The notes: a model not told the origin generated them from the sequence alone. DNA of 64,000 bases from Candidatus Multivorans sp. (GCA_965224025.1 OZ245033.1:1824001-1888000); one strand, 5' to 3'; counted from the stretch's first letter, positions 29,746 to 40,047 are shown. Numbers and translations are program-made.

Positions 29746-31191
29746 ATGCAGCGCCTCCTCGTCGCCGCGCTCATCCTGGCCTGCGTCGTCGCACCCGCGC
29801 TCGCGCAATCGGCGGCCAAACCGGCGCCGACCCCGCTCTGGCCCGGCTTCCGCGGCCCGGACGGCATCCCGGTCTCGGACAACGACCGTCTGCCGCTGCA
29901 CTGGTCGACCACCGAGAACGTCGAATGGCGAGTCGACGTGCCCGGTTCCGGCTGGTCGTCGCCGATCGTGGTCGGCCACACGGTCTTCCTGACCACCGCG
30001 ACCGCACAGGCGGAGGCTACGAAGCAGCCGGAGTTCGGCACCGAATACAGCAACGAGTTCATGCGCGAACTCCGGGAGCAGGGCCTGCCGTGGGAGGAGG
30101 TCCTCAAGCGGCACGACGAGCGCTTCATCGAGTTCCCCGACGAGGTCGATCTCGACTACCTGCTGATCGCCTATTCACTCGAGGACGGCGCCGAACTCTG
30201 GCGGCGGACGTTCTTTGCCGGCCCGCCACCCGGTGGCCGCCACTCGAAGAACACCTTCGCCTCCGAGACACCGGTGACAGACGGCGAGACGATCTTCGTC
30301 TACATCACCGGCCTCGGCCTGTGGGCCTACTCGCTGGACGGCGAACCGCGCTGGGAACGGCGGCTCGACCCGTTCCAGATCTACATGGACTTCGGCACCG
30401 GCGGCTCGCCCGCCCTGACCGAGGACCTCGTCGTGGTCCTGAACGACAACCAGGAGCACCCGTTCCTCGCCGCCTTCTCGAAGCGGGGCGGCCGCGAGAT
30501 CTGGCGCGCGGCCCGCGGACGGCTGACCGCTCCGCACGCCCCGAATCACCGAACCTCGTGGAGCACGCCGTTCGTCTGGCGGCACGACGAACGGACCGAG
30601 ATCGTGGCGCTCGGGCCCTACACCGTCATCAGCCACGACACGGTGGGCCGCGAGTTGTGGCGGCTCACCCGCCACTCGCTTCTGCCGGTGCCGACGCCCT
30701 TCGCCTACGAGGGTCTCCTGTACGTGACATCGGGCGTTCACGGAGACCAGAACCGCCCGATCACCGCGATCCGTCCAGGCGCCGCCGGCGACCTCACCCT
30801 GGACGAGGGTGAGACGAGCAACGACTTCGTGGTCTGGAACGACAGCCGGGCTGGCACCTACATCCCGACTCCCGTCCCGTACAAGGGCTCCCTGTGGGTC
30901 GTCTACGACCGCGGCATCCTCGCCCGCTACGACGCGGCCACCGGCGAGCGCTTCTTCCAGGCGCGGATCAAGGAATCGAACGGCCACTTCACGACCTCGC
31001 CCTGGGCCTACCGCAACCGCATCTTCGCGACCGACGAGGCCGGCACGACGTTCGTCTTCGGGACCAGCGGCGAGTTCGAGCAGCTTCACGCGAACGAACT
31101 CGACGAAATGACGCTCGCCTCGCCGACGCTGGCCGGCGACCGGCTGGTGATCCGTACACGGTCGAAACTGTACTGCTTCCGGGAGAACTGA
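29746..31191 (+). CDS. PQQ-binding-like beta-propeller repeat protein
   Basis: Signal peptide, WPGFRGP, WSSPIV, ASETPVTDG, SWSTP, TTSPW, ASPT. Confidence 0.88.
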   Translation: MQRLLVAALILACVVAPALAQSAAKPAPTPLWPGFRGPDGIPVSDNDRLPLHWSTTENVEWRVDVPGSGWSSPIVVGHTVFLTTATAQAEATKQPEFGTEYSNEFMRELREQGLPWEEVLKRHDERFIEFPDEVDLDYLLIAYSLEDGAELWRRTFFAGPPPGGRHSKNTFASETPVTDGETIFVYITGLGLWAYSLDGEPRWERRLDPFQIYMDFGTGGSPALTEDLVVVLNDNQEHPFLAAFSKRGGREIWRAARGRLTAPHAPNHRTSWSTPFVWRHDERTEIVALGPYTVISHDTVGRELWRLTRHSLLPVPTPFAYEGLLYVTSGVHGDQNRPITAIRPGAAGDLTLDEGETSNDFVVWNDSRAGTYIPTPVPYKGSLWVVYDRGILARYDAATGERFFQARIKESNGHFTTSPWAYRNRIFATDEAGTTFVFGTSGEFEQLHANELDEMTLASPTLAGDRLVIRTRSKLYCFREN

Positions 31192-31278
31192 CCACGATCA
31201 CGGCTTCCATGCAGTGAAGCGACACGGTTCCTGCTTCGTAGACTGTCGAACCGGACGGCGAAACCAGTAGAGACAAGG

Positions 31279-31997
31279 ATGCAGGACGCCTACACCCGCG
31301 ACATCGGCGATTCGCGAAGTACGGCCTGCTCCGCGCTATTGGCCACGGCAAGCGACTTGGCGTGGCCTGGCACCTACACCCGTCACCAAGGCGCCAAACC
31401 GGCAACGGGTAGCACCTGAAGCACCTCGACGATCTGACACATGGCGCCGCCTGGGCCCGTCACCGTTCGAGACGTTGGCGGGACTGGTCGGACGCCGCGA
31501 TCAAAGTACAGCGGCCATTGAAGAGTCGGGTGTTCTCGGCCGTGCGGTGTTCGCCAGCGAGTTGCTCGACGTCCGGGACATTCCGTTTCGGGACCGTAAG
31601 AGATGGCGCCAAGCGTGGTTCAGGCGGGTCGTCGGTACGCTCAAAGACTGCGACTTGGTGTTCGCCGATCCGGACAACGGGCTCTTCCCCACCAAACGCT
31701 TCAAGCCAAACCCGGAAGGACAGCGCCAAGCAGATAAGCCTCGTCGAGGCCACGAAACTCGCCGACCAGCGCACCGCTGTCGTCTATCACCACAACACGC
31801 GCCGCCGTGGCGGCCACAAGAAGGAAATCAACCACTGGATGCGCGAGCTACCCAACCGCCGCCACGCGTCGTACTGGCATCGATGAAGCTGCCGGACCTT
31901 CTTCATTCTGAACACGGAAGGAGAGACCGAGAGACAACTCGGCAAGTTCGCCAGCCGATGAGAAGCACACGGAGAGCTGATTCGCGCGCCGGCCTGA
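31279..31997 (+). pseudogene. Conserved hypothetical gene with multiple frameshifts
   Basis: Fragments MQDAYTRDIGD[fs]FAKYGLLRA, CDLVFADPDNGL, AVVYHHNTRRRGGH lie in different frames. Confidence 0.6.
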
Positions 31998-32059
31998 GAG
32001 CGGTAGGTGAGCCATCGAGTGCCCCTTGGCCGGCTGGCAGGTCAGAAGTCACCAACAAC

Positions 32060-32551
32060 TCAGCCCAGATCGTAGACGACATCGTATCGATGCCGGTGCA
32101 GCGGCGTCCGCCTGCTCCTACTCCGTGCGTTGGGATCCGCACCGCTGGCAAGCAGCGCTCGTATGGCACCAAGTTCCATCACGAGGTGCAGCGGTGTCTC
32201 CCCCGAATCATCCCGAGCATCCGGATCGGCTCCGCCAGCAATCAGAGCCTTCACAACGTCCGATCTTCTCGCCTGATGCAACGGCGTTCTACCCGCATCA
32301 TCCCGAATATTCGGGTCGGCCCCGCCAGCAATGAGGCTCCGAACCACCCCGGCAGCCGGCCAGTCGTCGTCCGGAAACGCCGCCTCTGTTGCGTCGTGCA
32401 GCGGTGTCTCGCCGAACTCATTCCGCCCGTTCGGGTCAGCCCCACCAGCGATCAAGGCTTCTACCTCTTCCGGCGCTGACACGCCGTGCAGAGGCGTATC
32501 TCCGTATCGATCGTCCAAGTCCGAAGCCTCGCCGCTCGGTTTACACACCAA
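32060..32551 (-). CDS. Ankyrin-repeat protein (probably partial)
   Basis: Five TPLH motifs with LIAGGADPN-type repeats. Confidence 0.8.
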   Translation of the reverse strand: MVCKPSGEASDLDDRYGDTPLHGVSAPEEVEALIAGGADPNGRNEFGETPLHDATEAAFPDDDWPAAGVVRSLIAGGADPNIRDDAGRTPLHQARRSDVVKALIAGGADPDARDDSGETPLHLVMELGAIRALLASGADPNARSRSRRTPLHRHRYDVVYDLG

Positions 32552-32711
32552 TCAAGCTGCCCGTCGACTGAAGAGGTAGACGCGCAAGCTGTCCCCCTGA
32601 AACAACAAGCCTCAAGAATACCGCCGAAGGCGATCTGGCGACCGTCCAATCGCCCCGCTCAGCAATGTCCGCGGCCGCAACTGCAGCACGGAAAGACCCG
32701 AGTTCGTCGGC

Positions 32712-34052
32712 TCAGTCCGCGGAACCTCCAAGCGCCCAGGCATAGGCCGGTTGAGCTGTTACGTCATCCGGCAAGGTCGGCGGTGTGCCGTCTCGATGGA
32801 GGGTGAGCAGGAGCTTGCGGGCATCAGGAAACGCCTCCCCCGCCGCCTCAAGAGCCCGCATTTCCCGCTCAGCGGTAACCGGATCCGATGCGTCGGCGCA
32901 GACCTGAATGAGTTCGCGCCGTCTATCGGCAGAGCGGACCAGGAAGTCGACCTCGTATCCCTTTCTGGTTCGAACATAGGTCACGTCGAGCCGCCTGCGC
33001 TCGAGCTCGACCAGAACGGCCGTTTCCAGGGCATGCCCGACGTTCGCACGCCCAGTGCGGTCGAATAGCGGGATCAGCCCCGTATCGACCGGATACACCT
33101 TGCGCGGATTGACCATGCGCTGCCGTTCCGAGCCCGACTCCATCCACACCACGCGGACGAGAAAGCAGTCCTCCAGGTAGCCGACAAACCGATGCACCGT
33201 GTCCCGCGCGATCGCGAGCCCCTGCGACTTGACCGCAGCATGGAACTTCTCGACACTGAACAGACTGCCGGCGTTGCCGAGCAACTGCCGGACGAGCCAC
33301 CGCAACCCGGTGACGTTGCTGACGCTGTGACGTTCCACTACGTCGCGCAGGATGGCCACGTCCACGTAGTCGCGGAGCAGTTGCTGCCTTGAGGCGGCGT
33401 CGAGGCCTTGCGCCTCCGGGAATCCTCCGGTAGCAAGCCAGGCAGAGAAAGCTCGCTCCAGGCGTAGTCGCTCGTCCCGAGGCAAGGTCTCCAAGTCGGG
33501 CGGAGCCGCGATGCCCTGGTGGCGAATGGCCTCCTCGAAACTGAAGGGGTGGATCAGCACCTGCCAAGCGCGACCGCGAAGCGCAGTGGCGATCTCCCGC
33601 GACAGAAGCGCCGCCGACGAACCGGAGACGAACACCTGCACATCACGGGTGTCGAGCAACCTCCGCACGAAGCGCTCCCAACCCGGCACGAGATGCACTT
33701 CGTCGAAACACCACATGACCGGTGCACGATCCGGTCCCGCCGCCGATAGTCGGTCGTACTCGTTGAGAAGGAGATCGAGGTGTCGGGTCTCCAGCCCTGT
33801 CAACCGGTCATCCTCGAACGACAGGTAGGGCACACGGAACGGCGCTTCGCCTTTCGGCGTCCACTCCCGCCGGAGTTGGTGAAGAAACGTCGTCTTGCCG
33901 GCCCTCCGCATCCCCACCACAGCGGTGACCTTGCCGGGAAACCGCGTGCGCCCGGACACACGTCGGGGCGTGTGGGAGGGCGGCGAATTCCGTAACGACT
34001 CCGCGAGTAACTCCGAGAGCACCTGTCGGAGCTGAGTTGGCACGACTTCCAC
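32712..34052 (-). CDS. AAA_14 ATPase with DUF4143 domain
   Basis: GMRRAGKT, FDEVH, SGSS, TGGFPE, KVYPVDTG, YEVDF, LIQVC. Confidence 0.9.
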   Translation of the reverse strand: MEVVPTQLRQVLSELLAESLRNSPPSHTPRRVSGRTRFPGKVTAVVGMRRAGKTTFLHQLRREWTPKGEAPFRVPYLSFEDDRLTGLETRHLDLLLNEYDRLSAAGPDRAPVMWCFDEVHLVPGWERFVRRLLDTRDVQVFVSGSSAALLSREIATALRGRAWQVLIHPFSFEEAIRHQGIAAPPDLETLPRDERLRLERAFSAWLATGGFPEAQGLDAASRQQLLRDYVDVAILRDVVERHSVSNVTGLRWLVRQLLGNAGSLFSVEKFHAAVKSQGLAIARDTVHRFVGYLEDCFLVRVVWMESGSERQRMVNPRKVYPVDTGLIPLFDRTGRANVGHALETAVLVELERRRLDVTYVRTRKGYEVDFLVRSADRRRELIQVCADASDPVTAEREMRALEAAGEAFPDARKLLLTLHRDGTPPTLPDDVTAQPAYAWALGGSAD

Positions 34053-34055
34053 GAC

Positions 34056-34110
34056 ATTCTCCGTCTACGGAGGAGAATATGCCACGAAGTTCTCCCTTCG
34101 ACAAGGAGAA
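34056..34110. promoter_or_regulatory. Two tandem palindromic operator-like sites TTCTCC-N9-GGAGAA
   Basis: Sites at 34057-34077 and 34090-34110, directly upstream of the AAA_14 start. Confidence 0.55.
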
Positions 34111-34168
34111 TCTGACTCCCACCAGAAACACTCTTCCCTTGCCGGAACGGAGGCCGGCGAGTCCGGCC

Positions 34169-34936
34169 CTATCTGACGGGGTCCATGTCGAGTTCCAGGC
34201 GGTCGAAGAACTCGATGCGGTTCGGCATCGTCGCCTGGATCGTCTCGGCCATGTCGCGGGAGATCCGCTCTGAACGGTGTCGAACCGCGAAGAACGGCCC
34301 GAAGCTCTCGGCGACGTCTTCCCTATGAGAGTGCTCGCGAGCGTAGTCGGAGACAAATCCGCCGTCCGCGTCCTGCGCGGCGAGCCAGGCGGCGGCGTCC
34401 GCATGGACCGGATCCAGGGAGGTGTGCGCCGCTTCGTGCATCAGGATCTCCTCCAGCACACCGTCGCGCAGATACTCCGCGGCCTTTCCTGTATGGATCA
34501 GGATGTTGTCGTTGCCGCCGCCGAAGGGCACGACGCCCCGGTGGATCCACACGGTTTCGACCCGCGTTCGCAGGCCCGCCGGCAGTTGGCCGATGGCGCG
34601 TGCATAGAAGGCCCCGTGGCGCTCGGCCAGATCGGCATCGCCGAACTCCGCGTTGACCTGCACCTCCACGGCCGTGGCGCCCTCGTAGGTGGCGTTGAAC
34701 AGGTAGGCATCGGTCAGCACGAAAGCGTCCGCGCGACGATCGAACATCCTGCGCATGTCGCGACCCGCGTAGTCGAGACCCCGCAGCGTCGACGGGTCTG
34801 ACGCGGCGATGAGGTCGGGGTCGATGAAAGCCGTGCCCCGGTAGGGCGGCTGCCGCGGCGCCGGCGCCGGCCCCGCGCAAGCGAAGCAGAGCAGCAGAAC
34901 GGCGGCAAGGTCGGCTCCCGGTCGCGAGTGGAACAC
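34169..34936 (-). CDS. Hypothetical lipoprotein with HEXXH (zincin-like) motif
   Basis: LLLCFAC leader, LMHEAAH, SDYA...REDVAESF. Confidence 0.7.
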   Translation of the reverse strand: MFHSRPGADLAAVLLLCFACAGPAPAPRQPPYRGTAFIDPDLIAASDPSTLRGLDYAGRDMRRMFDRRADAFVLTDAYLFNATYEGATAVEVQVNAEFGDADLAERHGAFYARAIGQLPAGLRTRVETVWIHRGVVPFGGGNDNILIHTGKAAEYLRDGVLEEILMHEAAHTSLDPVHADAAAWLAAQDADGGFVSDYAREHSHREDVAESFGPFFAVRHRSERISRDMAETIQATMPNRIEFFDRLELDMDPVR

Positions 34937-34946
34937 GGCCGTTGGC

Positions 34947-36176
34947 TCAGACGATGCGAACTTCCGGCACGGGCAGGATGAACTTGCCGCCGCGTCGACG
35001 GAACTCGGCCTGCTGGGCGAGGATCTCATCCTTGAAGTTCCAGGCCAGGAGGAGTACGTGGTCCGGCGACGGTTCCTCCAGGAGTCGCTCCGGCGCGACG
35101 ATCGGGATGTGGGAGCCCGGGGTGTAGCGGCCTTGCTTGAGCGGACTGCGATCCGCGATGAAGTCGAGCAGGTCCGGGCCCAGCCGCAAGTACTCAAGCA
35201 GCGTGCTGCCCTTGGCCGGCGCGCCGTAGCCGGCTAGCCCGCGGCCGTCGGCCTTGAGGCCGCGGAGACAGTCCACGACTTCGGTCTTCAGGCGGTCGAC
35301 CCGGGCCGCGAACGCGCGCCAAGTCTCGAACCGGTCGATGCCGAGCTTCCGTTCCGCCGCCAGGACCTCGGCGACACTTTCGTCCACCTCGCCCTCACCG
35401 CGGCGGATCACCGTGGCCCGAAGCTGGCCGTGGTGGATCGGCAGCCTCTCCGCGCGGACCACCTCCATGCCGTGGTCCTCGAAGAGCCGGATCATCGGTC
35501 CGAGCGCCCAGTAGGAGACGTGCTCGTGGTACACGGTGTCGAACGCGAGCTGGTCCAGCAGGTCGACCAGGTAGTGCGCCTCGAGAACGAAGGCGCCGCC
35601 CGGCGCAAGGACGGCGTCGAGGCCGGCGACGAAGCCTCTCAAGTCGGGGATGTGCGGGAACGTGTTCGTCGCGGTGACGAGCGCCGCCCGGCCCCAGCGA
35701 TCCGCGATCTCGCCTGCGGTGTCCACGCCGAAGAACCCCTGGTAGCGCTCGATGCCGGTATCGCGGCTGAACTCGGCCAGGTTCTCGGCCGGATCCACGC
35801 CGAGGGTACGGGCGCCGCGGTCGCGGAAGCTGCAAAGGAGGGAAGCGTCGTTGCAGCCGATGTCGATGACGAGGCCGCCATCAGCCAGGCCGTGGCGCGC
35901 GGCCAGCGTGATCGCCAGGTCGTCGAAGTGAGCGCGGAGCGTGTCGGAGGCGGACGACACGTACAGGTAGTCCGTGAACATCGCCTCCGGCGGCACGCGT
36001 TCGACGAGCTGGACGTGGCCGCAACCGTGGCAGAAGCCAACTCGCAGCGGGAAGCGCGGTTCGGGGCGGCTCAGATCCCCGGCGCTCGGGAACTTGTTCG
36101 CGAGCGCGGTGTTGCCCAAGTCGAGAAAGTCCTCGACCGACGGCTCGGCACAGACGAGACAGACCGAGTCAGCCAT
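34947..36176 (-). CDS. NDP-sugar C-methyltransferase
   Basis: Zn site CLVC...CHGC, IDIGCNDASLL, FDTVYHEH, GYGAPAKG, LLLAWNF. Confidence 0.9.
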   Translation of the reverse strand: MADSVCLVCAEPSVEDFLDLGNTALANKFPSAGDLSRPEPRFPLRVGFCHGCGHVQLVERVPPEAMFTDYLYVSSASDTLRAHFDDLAITLAARHGLADGGLVIDIGCNDASLLCSFRDRGARTLGVDPAENLAEFSRDTGIERYQGFFGVDTAGEIADRWGRAALVTATNTFPHIPDLRGFVAGLDAVLAPGGAFVLEAHYLVDLLDQLAFDTVYHEHVSYWALGPMIRLFEDHGMEVVRAERLPIHHGQLRATVIRRGEGEVDESVAEVLAAERKLGIDRFETWRAFAARVDRLKTEVVDCLRGLKADGRGLAGYGAPAKGSTLLEYLRLGPDLLDFIADRSPLKQGRYTPGSHIPIVAPERLLEEPSPDHVLLLAWNFKDEILAQQAEFRRRGGKFILPVPEVRIV

Positions 36177-36265
36177 TCGATCGACCCAGAATGCGGGCCA
36201 GAAGGCCCGCGCACCCAGAGATACGGCGTCGGCTCTGACTGACTTCTTTGTTGGACACGAAGACG

Positions 36266-37273
36266 TCAGCCATGGTGGAACGGCGCCACGAGCTGTGAGC
36301 CGTGCGATTCATGGCCGACGGGCAGTTCGAACAGGTCGCCCAGGGCCGCACGCACCGCGGCCTGCCGATCGGGCGGCACGACGAACAGCAGGAAGCCGCC
36401 GCCGCCGGCGCCGCAGAGTTTGCCTCCCAGGGCGCCGGCCGCCATCGCCGCGTCGTACCAACCGTCGATCAGCGGTGTCGTGATCGATCCCGCAAGTTCC
36501 CGCTTCATTCGCCAGCCCCGGTCAAGCAGCCGGCCGATCCCCTCGATGTCGATCTCCCCGGCGCCAAGGTCCCGGTGCAGGTCGCGCGCCTGATCGCGCA
36601 TGCGGCACAGCGAGTCGAGGTTCAGCTCGGTGCGGTCGTCCTGCTCGGAGAGCACCGCGCTCGCGTCGCGCTGGTGTCCGGTCCAGAACATGAGCACGGA
36701 CTGGAACAGCTCGCGCAACCGGTCGCCCGGAATCCGCAGGTGCTCGACCGTCACGCCGCCGTCCGGCTTGAACGACAGCAGGTTGAGCCCGCCGTAGGCC
36801 GCCGCGTACTGGTCCTGCTTGCCGATCCGTTCGCCCAGGACATCGATCTCGATGTGGCAGGCCTCCTCAGCCAACTGGCCCGCCGAGGCGCGCTCGCCCC
36901 TGTAGGAGTAGAGAGCGTTCAGCAGGCCCACGGCGAAGGCGCTCGAACCGCCGAGCCCAGTGGACGCCGGCACGTCGCCGACGGTGGAGATGTAGACCGG
37001 CGGATCGACGCCCAGGAAGCGCAGGCACTCCCGGGCGATGTTGTTGTCCAGTTCATCGATCCGTTCGACCTGTTCGCTGCGCGAGTAGTTGACGCGGACC
37101 GGCTCGAAGAACAGCTCGCTGTGACGCTTCACCGTGACGTAGACGTAGCGGTCGATCGTCGTCGACAGGACGGCGCCGCCCTCCCGCCGGTAGAAGGCCG
37201 GCAGGTCGGTGCCGCCGCCCACCAGGGACACCCTGAGCGGCGTACGGGTAACGATCAGGCGCGATGCGTCCAC
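36266..37273 (-). CDS. hddA: GHMP kinase, D-glycero-D-manno-heptose-7-phosphate kinase-like
   Basis: TPLRVSLVGGGTD, GLGGSSA, GKQDQY, GGKLCGAGGGG. Confidence 0.82.
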   Translation of the reverse strand: MDASRLIVTRTPLRVSLVGGGTDLPAFYRREGGAVLSTTIDRYVYVTVKRHSELFFEPVRVNYSRSEQVERIDELDNNIARECLRFLGVDPPVYISTVGDVPASTGLGGSSAFAVGLLNALYSYRGERASAGQLAEEACHIEIDVLGERIGKQDQYAAAYGGLNLLSFKPDGGVTVEHLRIPGDRLRELFQSVLMFWTGHQRDASAVLSEQDDRTELNLDSLCRMRDQARDLHRDLGAGEIDIEGIGRLLDRGWRMKRELAGSITTPLIDGWYDAAMAAGALGGKLCGAGGGGFLLFVVPPDRQAAVRAALGDLFELPVGHESHGSQLVAPFHHG

Positions 37274-37295
37274 GTCTACGTCGGTTCCCGTTGTC

Positions 37296-37745
37296 TCAGC
37301 CGTGCTGGAGGGCCCAGTCGTAGGGGATCCGGTCGGTGAACGGATCGAGCCGCTCCATCTCGTCGGGATCGTGCGGCTCGGTGGCGGCGTTGGCCATGAT
37401 CACCTGGCTTTCGCCGTACGCCTTGTAACCGTTGGCGATCCCCGGCGGAATCTGCACCAGGACGTAGTTGTCCTCGCCGAAGAAGACCTCCTGGAGTTCG
37501 CCGCGGGTCGGCGAATCCTCGCGCAGGTCATACATCACGAGCTTGGCCCGGCCGCTGACAACCGCGTTGTTCACGGTCATCGACCGGTGGATGTGCCAGG
37601 CCTTGATCGTCCCCGGCCAGACGGTCGAGAAGTAGATCTCGCCGAAGCCGAGGAAGTGCTCGTCGGTGGCCTTCAGCATGTGCATGATCTTGCCCCGCTC
37701 GTCGACGATCTGACGAAGCGGAACCACCTTGACGCCGTGGATCAT
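37296..37745 (-). CDS. RmlC-like NDP-sugar 3,5-epimerase
   Basis: DERG, IKAWHIH, YDLREDSPTRG, IPPG. Confidence 0.88.
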   Translation of the reverse strand: MIHGVKVVPLRQIVDERGKIMHMLKATDEHFLGFGEIYFSTVWPGTIKAWHIHRSMTVNNAVVSGRAKLVMYDLREDSPTRGELQEVFFGEDNYVLVQIPPGIANGYKAYGESQVIMANAATEPHDPDEMERLDPFTDRIPYDWALQHG

Positions 37746-38827
37746 CCCTTGCCCTCCGGTTGTCTCTCCCCACCCGCGGCGCCGGCATCCCAGCGCAACG
37801 AGCCGTCCAGCCGCCCCGATTCGATCAGGTGGTTGAGCCAGCGCAGCCGGACGAAGCGCCGGTCGCCGTACAACGCCGCATCGAGGCCGATCCGGCGATA
37901 GTCATCGATCAACTGTGCCGCTCCGCTCGCCGCGTCCCACCGGAACTCGAAGTCCGGAAAGGCGCGGGCGAACTTCTCGAACGAGGCGCGGTAGGTGCGT
38001 TGGTCGGCGCCGGGTTCGCCGCGGACCTCCAGGTCGCAACCGGGCACCAGGTCGGCCGCGATCTCCGCGAGTTCGATTACGCGGTGGTTCAGGTGGTCGG
38101 CGCCCGTGTTGAAGGCCTCGTTGTGCACCACCGAGAGCGGCGCCTCGAGCACCCGGCAGAAGGCCGCCGCCACGTCCCCCACGTGGACCACCGGCCGCCA
38201 GGGTTTGCCGTCGCCGTAGACGACGACGCGTTTGTTCGCAAAGGCGGCGCCGGTCAGGTCGTTCAGGACCGTGTCGAAACGCATCCGCGGCGACAGACCG
38301 TAGACGGTGCCGTTGCGCAGGAAGGTGGGCGAGAAACCGTCGCTCGCCAAGTCGCGAATCGCCTCCTCGCTCTTGACCTTCGACCTCGCGTACAGGGTCC
38401 GCGGGTCGAGCGGCGAGGTCTCGTCGACGATCTCCGCGCTCGACTGGCCGTACATGATGCAGGACGAAGAGAACAGGAAGCGGCGTACGTCCGCCTCCCG
38501 CGCCAGTTCCGCGAGGCGCACCGAGGAGCGGTGGTTGATCTCCTCCGTCCAGGTCTCGTCCAGGTTGCCGATCGGGTCGTTCGACAGCGCCGCGAGATGG
38601 ATCACGGCGTAGAACGCGCGCAGGTCCGCCGGCACGAGGTCCCGAATGTCCTTGTCGATGGAAGGAATCGGCTGCGGTTCGGCCGTAATCGCGCAGTCGT
38701 CGAAGTACCCGACATCGAGCCCCACGACGTCGTAGCCGCGCTCCACGAGAAGCGGCGCCATGACCGAGCCGAGGTAGCCGCGGTGACCCGTGACCAGAAC
38801 CGGCCGGCGGACGAAGGCCGACCTCAT
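37742..38827 (-). CDS. NAD-dependent sugar epimerase/dehydratase (extended SDR)
   Basis: TGHRGYLG, HLAALSNDP, YARSK, RMRFD. Confidence 0.9.
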   Translation of the reverse strand: MRSAFVRRPVLVTGHRGYLGSVMAPLLVERGYDVVGLDVGYFDDCAITAEPQPIPSIDKDIRDLVPADLRAFYAVIHLAALSNDPIGNLDETWTEEINHRSSVRLAELAREADVRRFLFSSSCIMYGQSSAEIVDETSPLDPRTLYARSKVKSEEAIRDLASDGFSPTFLRNGTVYGLSPRMRFDTVLNDLTGAAFANKRVVVYGDGKPWRPVVHVGDVAAAFCRVLEAPLSVVHNEAFNTGADHLNHRVIELAEIAADLVPGCDLEVRGEPGADQRTYRASFEKFARAFPDFEFRWDAASGAAQLIDDYRRIGLDAALYGDRRFVRLRWLNHLIESGRLDGSLRWDAGAAGGERQPEGKG

Positions 38828-40047
38828 CCAGCCACCGCCGTCCTGCCTGCCGCGTGGAGGCCCAGCAGTCGCTCGGCGTGCGCGAGCAGCGGTTCGCTCT
38901 CGGTGACCAGGCCGAACGGGCAGCCTGCCGCGTCGGCCGCCTGACCGTCGCGCTCGTCGTCGCCCAGAAAGGTCGTCCTGGTGAGATCGAGGTGATGATC
39001 GCGCTGCGCCTGGAACAGCATTCCCGGCGCCGGCTTGCGGCAGGCGCAACCCTCGTCCCAGCCGTGAGGACAGAAGTAGATACGGTCGATCCGTCCACCC
39101 GCGGCCTCGGCCTCGCCGCACAGGCGTCGATGCACCGCCGCCAGGTCGTCCAGCGTCATCCGGCCGCGGGCGACGCCGGGCTGATTCGACACGACGAGCA
39201 CCCGCCATCCGGCCCGGTTGAAGGCGGCGAGCGCCTCGCGGGCGCCCGGCAGCCAGCGCAGTTCCTCCGGTCGGCAGACGTACTCCGCCCGCGCCGGGCG
39301 CACGTTGAGCACCCCGTCACGGTCCAGGATGATCGTCGGCGAACGGGCGAAGAAGGCCTCGGTCAGCGGCAGGCGCTCGTGACCGCCGACGCTGTAGTAG
39401 CGGTGCTCGCTCCAGTAGGCGTGGAGCTCGCCGCGCGCCGTAAGGGCCGGGTAAACCGCCTCCTCGAACAGCTCCTGGTGGTCCGGCAGCAGTGGCAGCA
39501 CGGACGCTTTCCCCAGGATCGCGTAGCTGATCTCGACTCCGCTCAGTCCCGGGGTCGTCCGGCCCCGGTCGAAGACCGTCACGAACCCGTCCTCGCCCAC
39601 GATCACGCTGTCCCGCGTGTAGCCGTCCGCGTTCGCATAGACGGTGATCTGCGCCGGGGCGCCGGAGTCCACGTAGGCCCGCCACATGCGATCGAACTGC
39701 ATCGGCCAGTAGTTGTCGCAGTACAGGAGCAGAAACCGGTCGTCAAGTTGATCGGCCGCGTCCTCCACCCGAAACGCGGTCAGATCGTCCGCGGCCGTCA
39801 CCCGGTAGCTGATCTCGACGCCGTACTCCGAGCCGTCACCGAAGTGGTCGATCATCGCGTCCGCCATGTGGCCGAGCAACAGCAAGACGTGGTCAAAGCC
39901 CTGTTCGCGAAGCATCTCGATCACGTAGCCGAGGAAGGGTTTGCCTTGGAACGGGATCAGCGCCTTGGGCAGATTGTCCGTCAGCGGCGCCAGACGGGTA
40001 CCCCGCCCGCCGGCCAGGATCACGGCCTGGGTGGGTCGAGAGTGCAT
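38824..40047 (-). CDS. Fused nucleotidyltransferase (HddC-like) and heptose-bisphosphate phosphatase (GmhB-like)
   Basis: LAGGRGTRL N-domain; DRDGVLN, VSNQ, CPH...CACRKP, GD HAD-IIIA C-domain. Confidence 0.88.
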   Translation of the reverse strand: MHSRPTQAVILAGGRGTRLAPLTDNLPKALIPFQGKPFLGYVIEMLREQGFDHVLLLLGHMADAMIDHFGDGSEYGVEISYRVTAADDLTAFRVEDAADQLDDRFLLLYCDNYWPMQFDRMWRAYVDSGAPAQITVYANADGYTRDSVIVGEDGFVTVFDRGRTTPGLSGVEISYAILGKASVLPLLPDHQELFEEAVYPALTARGELHAYWSEHRYYSVGGHERLPLTEAFFARSPTIILDRDGVLNVRPARAEYVCRPEELRWLPGAREALAAFNRAGWRVLVVSNQPGVARGRMTLDDLAAVHRRLCGEAEAAGGRIDRIYFCPHGWDEGCACRKPAPGMLFQAQRDHHLDLTRTTFLGDDERDGQAADAAGCPFGLVTESEPLLAHAERLLGLHAAGRTAVAG

